From assembly GCF_001194135.2 (NCBI RefSeq), contig NC_069002.1, positions 5,869,694-5,901,917 on the forward strand: 32,224 nucleotides of DNA, in the 5' to 3' direction. Positions 10,300 to 21,168 of this stretch are shown piece by piece. This DNA comes from Octopus bimaculoides. Its lineage: Eukaryota. The notes beneath the pieces were generated by a model. The model did no database searches. It was not told where the DNA came from and saw nothing but the letters and a program-made list of their open reading frames with translations. A program made the translations under genes and the position numbers. Positions within the stretch are counted from its first letter, which is position 1. Every line of letters starts with the position of its first letter.

Positions 10300-10331
10300 T
10301 TTAGTCCAGCTTGACGCCAAAATGTAGACAT
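10300..10331 (-). CDS. ATP5F1E: ATP synthase F1 subunit epsilon, coding exon 1
   Basis: Minus strand caccATG TCT ACA TTT TGG CGT CAA GCT GGA CTA AA|gtaagc = MSTFWRQAGL(N). Matches the epsilon N-terminal WRQAGL motif (human MVAYWRQAGLSY). Confidence 0.93.
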
Positions 10332-10570
10332 GGTGAGTGAAAAGGTTGAGTGACGAGAGGAACCAGGCGAAGCAGAAAGGTGGACGTAACCTTGACGAAA
10401 CCTACCCAGAATGCACCACTTCAAACGGTGTATACCGAACAGAAGCTTCCGGTAAAATTATATCCGTCTGCAACAGTAGTTCTCGAACGGGAGTGTCCAG
10501 ATAGGATTTTTGTTAGGGTCCACTCAAGTAAAATAGTAAATTGGAGATCCTTACGTTACAAGTCCTAACG
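10332..10570 (-). promoter_or_regulatory. Putative ATP5F1E 5'UTR / promoter
   Basis: Unique, CpG-enriched stretch directly upstream of the ATG. Contains ETS-type CCGGAAG at 10446-10452 and a pyrimidine-rich leader with TCT-like CCTTTCT at 10374-10380 (minus strand). The TSS cannot be determined from sequence. Confidence 0.45.
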
Positions 10571-10862
10571 TAAGATCGCCGAAAATTTTGTTTTAGAAGC
10601 ATTTATTGCAGGAAACATTTAGGTTTCTTTCTTTAACGTTTTACATAGTTCGAACTATACAAGTGAATGCGTGCGAAACAAATTTTGAAAGACGTATCTG
10701 TAAAATTAGTTTTTAAACATTGAATGGCTAGCGGGTGGGGAGAGGCACTAGAATAAAAATAGTGATCAAATGGTTCCACAGGTTTTTAAAAAATGGTTGG
10801 GAACCACGGGGTCTTCAATAATGATTAGTTATGGGTTCTCATTCTTAAGGTATTTTTCGATG

Positions 10863-10904
<42 letters not shown>

Positions 10905-10907
<3 letters not shown>

Positions 10908-10975
10908 TCACTGCCTGGAATCAAACTTCGAATCTTGGGGTTAGTAACCTGTGCTCTTAACCACTACACCATATG
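10905..10975 (-). mobile_element. tRNA-derived SINE head
   Basis: Minus strand ggtgtagtggttaagagc...gtttgattccagg (A and B boxes); no intact cloverleaf. Confidence 0.6.
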
Positions 10976-11016
10976 CCTGTGGGCAATTATGGAGTGAATT
11001 TTAGGGCTTATAAATC

Positions 11017-11402
11017 TAATATTCTCCTATCCTTCCTTAATACCGGTTCCCTTATGCTGCTCATATCTGCACCCGGTCTGCTTAGGAGGTTGTTGTGCCC
11101 TAGCATATGTGCTGCTTCTTTTAGTTTTCTTATTTTCCAGTGGTGTTCTCTGTCTATTATTTTAACTTCAACCCACAGGGGGAAGTGGTCTCCATTTTTC
11201 CATACATGATCAGCTATACCCGATTTATCAATATCTCTTCTTTGTATGACCCTTCACAGCTGAATGGGATGGAATACATGCAGTTTTTGGCCATATTCTC
11301 TTCTATTTGTGGTTTTATTCGAAGGAGGGTATATCAGCCGAAACGTTGTGTTAACAACAAACAAGATGAGGACAAATATCTGCCAAATGTAAATAATGTA
11401 TA
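11017..11402 (-). mobile_element. Penelope-like element fragment (GIY-YIG endonuclease C-terminus) with an inverted adjoining segment
   Basis: Minus strand 11322-11017 reads IKPQIEENMAKNCMYSIPFSC / DIDKSGIADHVWKNGDHFPLWVEVKIIDREHHWKIRKLKEAAHML. The NCxYSIPxSC, S.IADH and R..KEA patterns are typical of PLE GIY-YIG domains; the core is deleted. 11323-11402 is a distinct segment containing CAGCC-GAAAC on +. Confidence 0.8.
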
Positions 11403-12875
11403 TTTCTTTTGGTTCTTCAGCTTTTCAGTTTAACTCTCACCAAAGTCAAATTGCCTAAAGAGAAAAAAAACTTGTTATCCCCTACAAGTTTCTCACTGGT
11501 TTCCACTTCTTCAACTCCTCTACATTGATGTCCTTTAAGGATCCTAAATAAATAAATACAATAAATGAAATGCAATGATTATTCAGTCTCCAGCATCTTC
11601 GTTCGTTCACCTCTTTCTTCATGGAAAAGATGCTAGTCTCTTGTAAGTCACTTCTGTTACTGTTAACTCCAGCTTGGTCATAGCCATCTCTGAAGAGCAG
11701 ACCCATGATCTAAGATGTTCTTATAATAGTGTACCTTGGACTACATTATCCAATGTGTTTTTCCTTTTAAGACTGTAGGGTGTATAGATAGATAGATAGA
11801 TAGATTTGGTGGAGGAGAGATTTTCTTGAGGGAGATTTGGCTGCTATTTCTACCAAGTAGGTCTACAGAGAAGTTTTATTCATTGGTTAATTTGAACTCA
11901 AGACTGCAAGCTAACACAAACATTTATCAATTTCTGTATCCCTGCTAATAACAGTGAATTGCATTTTTCAATGTCGTCTATTTTATAAACTATTCATAAG
12001 TCAAATAAATTAGTTTACTGTGAAAGAAAGAAGAGAAGTTTAATGTTTGGGTGGAGACTCTTTGTCACACGAAAGTTTTTTCTAACTCACTGAAAAACTA
12101 ATTCAATCCACATTTAAACTGTTTATCCTCACTAACCAACAATTCAGATGCTCTTTGGTTTCCTTGGGTTCTAAGATTTATGTTCTTTTCATCATTAACC
12201 AATCCAAAAGGATTAACAGAATCATTAGAACATCAGACAAAATATTAAGTAATATTTGTTCCAGTTCTTTATGTTTTGGGTTTAAGTCCCTCTAAGGTCA
12301 ACTTAACCTCTCATTCTTCTGAGATTGGTAATAAGGAAAATACCAGACCAGTGTGGTTGATTGATGAAATTGTTAGAACGCTGAATACAATGTCATAAGG
12401 TATTTATTTTGGCTCTTAACATTCTGAGTTCAAATCTTGATGTGGCTTACCTTACCTTTCGTTCTTCCAGGGTCAATGAAACAAAAACACAAATCCTGGG
12501 ACCAAAATTGCTAGAGTGTTAGACAATATTCCATGGAATCTTTGCTCTGGCTCTTTTAAGCTCTGAGTTCAAATCCTGCAGGGATCAATTTTGCCTTCCA
12601 TTTTTCCAGGGTTAATTAAATAGAATATGAGTCTACAGCAAAAGACTGGCAAAATTTATTTGAATATCAGACAAAATACCTTGTGGTATTTACTTTCAAC
12701 TATTTGCATTCTGTGGCTGTCTGTGATGACACTGGTGCTAAACTATATCAGCAATTGTCTTTTCTTTAAATAGTTTTGGTAACATAGAAAGTGGAGGAAA
12801 CTTACTGTAGGTTCTTCATTGAATAGACTCTGCCTTTTCTTTACCAAAAGCCATTTTATCCAGTTTTGTTTATAC

Positions 12876-13021
12876 CAAGCATGAGCAACCTTTATCAAGA
12901 AGTGGGCCACATGAACCAGAGCTCATCATCAGAGGAACTGCACTACTAATAGAAATTCAACTTAAATTTTTGTAGCCACACAATTGAGAAAGTTCCATGA
13001 GCTGCAGTTTGCCCATAATTG
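12876..13021. mobile_element. Degenerate hAT-like MITE
   Basis: Ends caagcatgagcaac / gtttgcccataattg are imperfect TIRs. The internal cactactaa.agaaattcaa and terminal gtttgcccat are also present at about 2050-2133. Confidence 0.4.
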
Positions 13022-13284
13022 GTTTATACTCACTAACTGCTAAGGCACGCCATCAATAGTATTCTTGAAATAAGTATCTATGCCTGTTTCTTTCATTTCA
13101 TGATTGATTAAAACAGCGGACGGACAAAACTGCTAAAGCAGTGAACAAAATACAACCACGTAGTTTTTGCTCCACTTCTTGGATGTTCTGAGTTCAAATC
13201 TCACTGAGGTCAGATTTCAGATTTAATTAAAGAGGTGGAGAGACAGAATTGTCAGAGCAATGAACAAAATACTACCATGGCGCA

Positions 13285-13387
13285 GCAGTGACTGTGCATG
13301 GTAAGAAGCTTGTTTCTCAACTACATGGTTCCGGGTTCAGTCCCACTGTGTGGCACCTTGGGCTAGTGTCTTCTACTTTAGCTCTGA
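13285..13387 (+). mobile_element. SINE family A head fragment
   Basis: tggtaagaagcttg...catggttccgggttcagtcccactgtgtggcaccttgggc. Confidence 0.75.
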
Positions 13388-13784
13388 ACTTACTACTAAC
13401 GAATATGAATCCATTATCACTATCATTATCATTCGTCCCTTCAGCGTTTAGATTATTTCTGTCAAATGAAATGCTTAGTTATTCACATCGTCGTCGTCAT
13501 CATCACCATCACCATTTAATATCTGTTTTCCATGCTGGCATGGGTTGGATGGTTTGACTGAAATCTGTTAAGCTAAGAAGCTGCACCAGCTCCCAATCTG
13601 ATTTGGCAAGGTTTCTACAGCTGGATGCCCTTCCTAACACCAACCACTCCAAGAGCATAGTGGGTGCTTTTTACATGCCACTGGCACAGGTGCCATTGAT
13701 CTGTCACTGACATTGGCTACAACTATGGTCAAACTTGACTTGACAGGTCTACACAAGTATATCATCAAAGGCCACATTGCTTTC

Positions 13785-13952
13785 TATTAATTATGCCTTA
13801 CTCATAACTTCGAAATTTCAATGATGTATTGTTTATTTTTCGAATAACATTTTAGGTTAGGTGTGAGAGGTCAAATCTGGAAATCCGGCTGGTTTGAACA
13901 TAGGACAGGTAGAACATTTTGGCTGGATATGTCCAGTTTAAATGCTAAAGGG
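13785..13952 (-). mobile_element. piggyBac-like MITE, truncated copy
   Basis: Reverse complement of 17831-17990; ends in aatgctaaaggg. Confidence 0.65.
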
Positions 13953-14734
13953 CTAATGTCCATTTTTTTCATGCTTGCATAGGTCAGATGAAATTTGTAA
14001 AGGCAGGCATATTTTCCGACGGCAGGATGCCTTTCCTGTCACCAACACTCACCTGTTTCCGGCCAAGTAATATTTCTCCATGACTAGGTATGCTTTATAT
14101 GGAAGACTGGAAATGAACGACTTCACTTGTATGACATTGTCTCTCATTTATAACCATCACATGATGTCTAGATAAAAGTATGCACAAACAAAACGCATTA
14201 TGTATGTATATTGAAGTTCTCTGCAATGTAAGATCTTCTCTTCCCTAATGACGGAGGCTCGTCTCATCCAGTGTTAATCGCATCCATTACGGCCGCATAT
14301 TGTGATGAACTACATCTACCAACATTATTATGGATCTCTGAGCCCCCAGAAACAGCTGTTGGACTTATAAAACCTTTCTTCTACCCCTTTAATTTTCTGT
14401 CATTTGTATTCTGTGTAAGCTGGATCTATTAATATAAATACCTATATATTTATTCTTAAAAATTCATCAGTCTCCAGGGCAGCCTTTGACTCTTTTTTTC
14501 CTATCCAAAGAATTTTTTTAACCCAATATTCTACATGCTACTATTTAAAAGCATTTTACATATTTCTTTTAACTGAATTCACAGCAGATTACGCTAGGGG
14601 TAACTAGCATAATCTACTTGAGTTCAGCTGTTTAAAAGTGAAAAATACCGATGAAGATATTCTGAGATCCTATTACATATTACAAGGAGTGCATTCACCA
14701 TGGCCTCTCCCCCTCCCAGGCTGCACTTGCTCAC

Positions 14735-14827
14735 CTGGATGGTGTCCACCCCTGTTGATTTACCTTTCTTTCCTCTACTTCCTTTCTTAGAATGGGGAAG
14801 TTGTCTGTGTCCGCTGTTGGTGGACAT
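14735..14827 (-). CDS. Candidate first coding exon of an unidentified gene
   Basis: ATG directly after an in-frame TGA, MSTNSGHRQLPHSKKGSRGKKGKSTGVDTIQ, ending at a strong donor CAG|gtgagc. No homology recognised, and a competing + strand exon (14791-14908) overlaps it. Confidence 0.3.
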
Positions 14828-15037
14828 TCAGTTATCAGTGTTTCCTCTTGTCTCGTGGTTATATAAATCTGTGCAAAATTCTGTCCAATGGATCAGACAG
14901 AGAAAGAGGTAAGTGAACACGCCTAAAGATGAGAGACACAGTGCGAGAGGCAGAAGACAGAGATGGGTGGAGGGATCTGGCTGCAAGGTCGTCAAATGTT
15001 GCCCCAACAATCAGCCAGACAACGGGATATTTTATGT

Positions 15038-15124
15038 AATATTCTGAAATTACCCTTTGGGGCAATGCTGGATTTGGGCAACGAATGGGCCCTGAATCAA
15101 AATACCAGCAAGAAAATATGCAAA
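15038..15124. repeat. Copy 1 of a locally duplicated ~88-bp element
   Basis: Manual alignment to 16786-16873 gives 10 substitutions and 5 single-base indels over 90 columns. Confidence 0.85.
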
Positions 15125-15189
15125 CTGCATCGTCGTTGAATAAAAAAAGTCCAAAGATAATATCTCGCCCATCTTGTCTTTACAAGAAT

Positions 15190-15221
<32 letters not shown>

Positions 15222-16785
15222 GGCAAATTTTTTTTTTTTTTCTCATAATCGTTGTCACAGAATTAAAAGCAATGGTGTAGCAGAGATTGGAATACACACA
15301 ATGTTTATAATTTTAATAAATTATCAAAACAATTTACTGTTTATTGAACAAGAAAATAATAGAGATGAAAACTGTACAAGACAATTGGTAGATACAAGAA
15401 TAAAAGGCCAACATGGCACATTAGCAACACCTCACTTGCTCAGTCTAGCATCAATATCTCAATACACACCGTTAACCAAACTTGTTTTTTTTTTTTTACT
15501 TGATACTACAGCAGTTGTTTGGAAACAATTAGTCTGACTAACAGCAATAGATAGGTAGATGGATAGATAGATGGATAGATAGATAGATAGATAGATAGAT
15601 AGAATGATGCAGGAATTATTTCAATTTAAAAGAACGGATATCTTCTAGTTTACCCTAAACAAAAAATACCTTTCTTTTTAAATAAAGAATAAATATANNN
15701 NNNNNNNNNNNNNNNNNNNNNNNNNNNNNNNNNNNNNNNNNNNNNNNNNNNNNNNNNNNNNNNNNNNNNNNNNNNNNNNNNNNNNNNNNNNNNNNNNNNN
15801 NNNNNNNNNNNNNNNNNNNNNNNNNNNNNNNNNNNNNNNNNNNNNNNNNNNNNNNNNNNNNNNNNNNNNNNNNNNNNNNNNNNNNNNNNNNNNNNNNNNN
15901 NNNNNNNNNNNNNNNNNNNNNNNNNNNNNNNNNNNNNNNNNNNNNNNNNNNNNNNNNNNNNNNNNNNNNNNNNNNNNNNNNNNNNNNNNNNNNNNNNNNN
16001 NNNNNNNNNNNNNNNNNNNNNNNNNNNNNNNNNNNNNNNNNNNNNNNNNNNATATATATATATATAAATGACTAAAAAAACATAAACAGCAATAACCTAA
16101 TAACGAAATCTTAGTCATAACAAACCATTTCAATAGTCAGTGGAATGATTAAATGGATGTTAAACTCTAAAGAATAGAAAGCAACGCACCATTTTTTGTT
16201 TTTTTGTCAAAAAGTTATATTCTTTTACTATAATGAAATATGCTATTATTACAGATATTTTGCTTTTTCTTAAATATGAATAAAAATAAATAAAAACTAG
16301 ATGAATAATTACAGATAGTAATTAGATATTTACTGTCATTTATTAGCAATGCAACAAATATTACTTATAAATAAATATAAGTTAGAAAATTCACTCTGCT
16401 TGAATTTTTGTTATTTTTGAAAATAAAAGTAAAATGGAATTGTTTCTTATTTTAAATTAAAAAAAAACTTTAAGCATTTTTATGAGAAAAAAAATTATGT
16501 AACAAGTTAATTAATTAACTAATTAAAAATACAATAGCCTAATATCTGATTATTATTAATTAGAAAAATACATGTGTACAACACATGTAGTATGATTTTT
16601 TTTTTAGGCATTATGATAGATAGATCAATGTAGAAGTAGTAGTAGAGAGAGAGAGAGAGACAGACAGACAAGGGGAGAGAGAATGAGAGAGGAAGAGAGG
16701 ATGAGAGAATGAACGAGAGAGAGAGAGAGACTAAGAGAAAGAATAAGAGACAGTGAGAGAAAGAAAAGGAAAATATATTGACGAA

Positions 16786-16873
16786 AATATTCTGAAATTT
16801 GCCCTTTGGGGGCAATGGTTGAATTTGCTCAACCTACGGGCCCTGAATCAAATACCAGCAGAAAATGTGTAAA
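16786..16873. repeat. Copy 2 of a locally duplicated ~88-bp element
   Basis: Shares AATATTCTGAAA, CCCTTTGGGG, GGGCCCTGAATCAAA and TACCAGC with 15038-15124. Confidence 0.85.
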
Positions 16874-17139
16874 ACACCATTGAAAAAGGTCAAAATTAGA
16901 TGATATGAAGAAGCGAGAGACAAGTGTGCATAGGAAGAGGTTTATAAAGAATTTTGTTTTCATTCAAAGCTTCTTATAAAACACAGCCAGCAGAAACAGT
17001 CAAGCAATTTAACCACTTGTAAAGGTTGTTGTTGTTTTTTATTGTTTTTTTTTTTAATTTTGTTTGTTTGACTTTTTTTTTTGTTTGTTTTCTTTTCAAG
17101 AAATAATTAGCAATGGTATCAAGTGAATAACATACCACA

Positions 17140-17292
17140 TGTCAGTGCATATATATGTATATTCATGTATGTATATGTGTGTGTATATCTATGTATAAAC
17201 ATATTCATATGTAAAAATCAATGTGTTCATATATATATATATATAATAGTCATGTGTGTGTATATATACATATATGTATGTATGAATAAGTA

Positions 17293-17326
<34 letters not shown>

Positions 17327-17545
17327 CATACCATTTTGTGTATGCACATTAAGTAAGATATACAGAATGCAATTTTGAACTAATACTGCTTCCATCACTA
17401 ATGACAAATATATATACATATATGTAAATATATAAATATATGTACACACATATGTATATATAAATATATGTATACATGTATGTAAATATTTGTATGTATA
17501 TATGCATATATATGTATATATGTATAAACAATATACATGTATATT
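17140..17545. repeat. Compound (TA)n/(TATG)n low-complexity tract
   Basis: Directly visible; source of spurious YI-rich ORFs. Confidence 0.9.
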
Positions 17546-17830
17546 TATGATTGTGTGTATATTAATGAAACACAAAAGTGATATTCATGAATCACAGTGT
17601 TTGTATGATTGTTTTATTTATTTATTAATTCTTTTTATTTGTATAGTTTTGTTCACTTTTTTTCTAAGAAAGAAATTTGTAAAATGAAACAGAACAAAAA
17701 AAAAAACTCCAAAAGACAAAAGACAAGAATTTTAACATCCAAATATGTAATTCAAGAAAAAGTGTTTGAATAAGAATTTGAAGAGAATGCCTGACTCATA
17801 AAATAAACCATAAAAAAATAAAAAAATTAA

Positions 17831-18050
17831 CCCTTTAGCAATTAAACCAGCATTCCAACCCAAATATTCCACCTGTTTTATGTTCAAACCAGCCAGGTCT
17901 GGCATCTCACACCTATGCTACAATGCCATTCTAAAAATGAACTATCACATCAAAATCTCGAAGCTATGAGATAATGCATGATTAATTCAAAACAATGTGA
18001 ATAAATAAAATAAGAATTACATTTGACAAAGTAATCTGAATGCTAACAGG
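17831..18050 (+). mobile_element. piggyBac-like MITE with TTAA TSD
   Basis: TTAA|CCCTTTAGCA...TGCTAACAGG|TTAA (TTAA at 17827-17830 and 18051-18054); homologous to 22700-22888 and 13785-13952. Confidence 0.8.
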
Positions 18051-18416
18051 TTAAACATTTAAAATGAAGGAAAATTGAAGAAAAGACATGTTTATCTATT
18101 TTAGAAGAATGTAAAAGAGAATAATGTAAGTTATAACATCTATATGAGGGAATTTGTAACCAAAGTGTTGGCACAGGAGTAAAAAGAGGTACAAGAAATA
18201 TCAGAAAGAACTTATGTACACACGTGTACACACACACACACATACACATATAACACCAACATCAACATCATCTGAGAGCAAGTGCAGTCAGTGGAGCTTG
18301 ACCAAAAAATTAGTAAAAAAGGAATATCATTTTGTTCACAGCAACAGTATCAATTCAATAAAAATATATCCCACAGTCTGGTGTATTATAATAGTAATAA
18401 TAATAATCCGTTCTAC

Positions 18417-18617
18417 TATAGGCACAAGGCCTGGAATTTGGGGGAGAGGAATAGTCACTTACATCATCGCCAGTGTTTCAATGGTACTTAATTTATCGAC
18501 CCCCGAAAAGATGAAAGGTAAAGTCGACCTTGGCGGAATTTGAACTCAGAACGAAAACACAGATGAAATACCGCTAAGCATTTCGCCCGGTGTGCTAACA
18601 ATTCTGCCAACTCACTG
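18417..18617 (-). mobile_element. SINE family B
   Basis: ggcacaaggcc...aaagtcgaccttggcggaatttgaactcagaacg...tgctaacaattctgcc. Confidence 0.85.
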
Positions 18618-18645
18618 CCTTAATAACAATAATAATAATAATAAT

Positions 18646-18678
<33 letters not shown>

Positions 18679-18679
<1 letters not shown>

Positions 18680-18875
18680 GTTTCAAATTTTGGCACAAAG
18701 CCAGCAAATTCAGTGGGGGTGGGCGCAAGTCAATTACATCAACCCCCACCCCTCCAGTGCTCAACTGGTACTTATTTTTTGACCTCAAAAGGACGAAAGG
18801 CAAAGTTGAATTTGAACTCAGAACGTAAGATGGATGAAATGCCACTAAGCATTTTTGCTAACGATTCTGCCAGCT
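18679..18875 (-). mobile_element. SINE family B, tandem to the previous copy
   Basis: tttcaaattttggcacaaagccagc...gaactcagaacg...attctgccagc, separated from the previous copy by (TAA)n. Confidence 0.85.
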
Positions 18876-18895
18876 TGTTGCCTTTCTATAATGAT

Positions 18896-18931
<36 letters not shown>

Positions 18932-19231
18932 NNNNNNNNNNNNNNNNNNNNNNNNNNNNNNNNNNNNNNNNNNNNNNNNNNNNNNNNNNNNNNNNNNNNN
19001 NNNNNNNNNNNNNNNNNNNNNNNNNNNNNNNNNNNNNNNNNNNNNNNNNNNNNNNNNNNNNNNNNNNNNNNNNNNNNNNNNNNNNNNNNNNNNNNNNNNN
19101 NNNNNNNNNNNNNNNNNNNNNNNNNNNNNNNNNNNNNNNNNNNNNNNNNNNNNNNNNNNNNNNNNNNNNNNNNNNNNNNNNNNNNNNNNNNNNNNNNNNN
19201 NNNNNNNNNNNNNNNNNNNNNNNNNNNNNNN

Positions 19232-19328
<97 letters not shown>

Positions 19329-19346
19329 TAATAATAATAATAATAA
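18896..19346. repeat. (TAA)n microsatellite spanning a gap
   Basis: Directly visible on both sides of N 18932-19231. Confidence 0.9.
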
Positions 19347-20243
19347 TCTCATTCAACCTGACACCTTCTTTATTATACAATGACTGATGACTGATGAACA
19401 AACATCATCATTGGTTATAGATACCAAGTGGGTCAATCACTGATTCAATGCATGGCAAGAGTGACAAGGGAGTGTATGTAACTCGGTGCAGAACAAATAC
19501 TCTAATGAACTTCATTCAGACAAACCCCCTCCCACTATTGCAGTTAAAAAAAAGACAACTTTTGCTATGGTTTACATCCTTGTCTGACATGGTCAATAGA
19601 TTTACACACACACACAAGTATGTATACATGTGCATGTATGATGCATATATATCTATATATATATAAAGACATCATAATAATTTATAACCTTTCAAAAGAA
19701 TGTGAAATAATAATTTTTTGGAAGAGAGGATCTCGAAGCAGAAAGCTATAAGTATAGCATGTAAATATTGGGTTGAAAAACCCTTCGACTGTTCCAAACC
19801 AAAAAGGGTCCAATAACTTTACCTGCTTCCTATCATAGGTCCTTCTTATCGCCTATTACTATCATTTACTCCTCTTTCATGCCTTTATCGTTCATTCATG
19901 CTGTCCACTTTGTTAAGAGGTTGGCAAGCAAACAGACAAAGCTCCTTTAGTCATGTCAAGGACTTAACTACCCCTTTAGTGCTGGTGCCACAATAAAGGT
20001 CTCCAGTGGTCTGCAGAGCGGTTAGGGTTAGGAAAAGCATCCAGCTGTAGAAAGCAAGCACAAAATGAAGCACATGGGAAAGATACTATCCTTCAACGTG
20101 TCTAGGTGAGCAGTACCTCTGAATATGTTCTGACTGTTGCAACTCTTCCAACCCATGCCAACAAGAAAAGCACAAGTTAAACATTGATGATGATGTATGT
20201 ATATCTATATATGTATCTGTGTTTGTAAGTATGTATGTATGTG

Positions 20244-20290
<47 letters not shown>

Positions 20291-20772
20291 NNNNNNNNNN
20301 NNNNNNNNNNNNNNNNNNNNNNNNNNNNNNNNNNNNNNNNNNNNNNNNNNNNNNNNNNNNNNNNNNNNNNNNNNNNNNNNNNNNNNNNNNNNNNNNNNNN
20401 NNNNNNNNNNNNNNNNNNNNNNNNNNNNNNNNNNNNNNNNNNNNNNNNNNNNNNNNNNNNNNNNNNNNNNNNNNNNNNNNNNNNNNNNNNNNNNNNNNNN
20501 NNNNNNNNNNNNNNNNNNNNNNNNNNNNNNNNNNNNNNNNNNNNNNNNNNNNNNNNNNNNNNNNNNNNNNNNNNNNNNNNNNNNNNNNNNNNNNNNNNNN
20601 NNNNNNNNNNNNNNNNNNNNNNNNNNNNNNNNNNNNNNNNNNNNNNNNNNNNNNNNNNNNNNNNNNNNNNNNNNNNNNNNNNNNNNNNNNNNNNNNNNNN
20701 NNNNNNNNNNNNNNNNNNNNNNNNNNNNNNNNNNNNNNNNNNNNNNNNNNNNNNNNNNNNNNNNNNNNNNNN

Positions 20773-20804
20773 GTGATGGTGGGGGGACAAATACAGAAAT
20801 ACAT

Positions 20805-20852
<48 letters not shown>

Positions 20853-20952
20853 GACAGGCTTCTTTCAATTTCCACCTACCAAATCCAGTCACAAGGCTTT
20901 GGTTGGCCTGAGGCTATAACAGAAAACACTTGCCCATGGTGCCACGCAGTGG
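20773..20952 (-). mobile_element. SINE family A, partial
   Basis: tggggggacaa...acgacaggcttctttc...gccacgcagtgg. Confidence 0.75.
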
Positions 20953-20964
20953 ACAAAATCAGAA

Positions 20965-21168
20965 TCAAAATTGTTAGAGCATCGGTCAAGATGGTTTATC
21001 TGCCAGTCTATTGCAGGATTACTCGATTTTTGCCAGCTGAGTGGACTGGAGCAACATGAAATGTAATGTTTTGCTCAAGAACACAACACATTGCCAGGTC
21101 TGGGAATTGAAACCACAATCTTAGAATCATGAGTCCAACACCCTAACCACTAAGCCACGTGCCTGCAC
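20965..21168 (-). mobile_element. tRNA-derived SINE
   Basis: Minus strand gcacgtggcttagtggttagggtgttggactcatga...ggtttcaattcccagacc (A and B boxes), followed by a non-tRNA body. Confidence 0.7.

Noticed and set aside
10330-10338. Plus-strand ATG|GTGAGT resembling an ATG-only first exon
   Set aside because: It is the antisense of the ATP5F1E start context (ctcaccATG); the minus-strand reading matches a known protein.
13041-13050. TAAGGCACGC = first 10 nt of miR-124
   Set aside because: The match stops after 10 nt and there is no precursor hairpin.
20020-20032. Interstitial telomeric repeat or telomerase template (GGTTAGGGTTAGG)
   Set aside because: Only two units, inside a dispersed repeat whose related copies (e.g. 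21568-21600) lack it.
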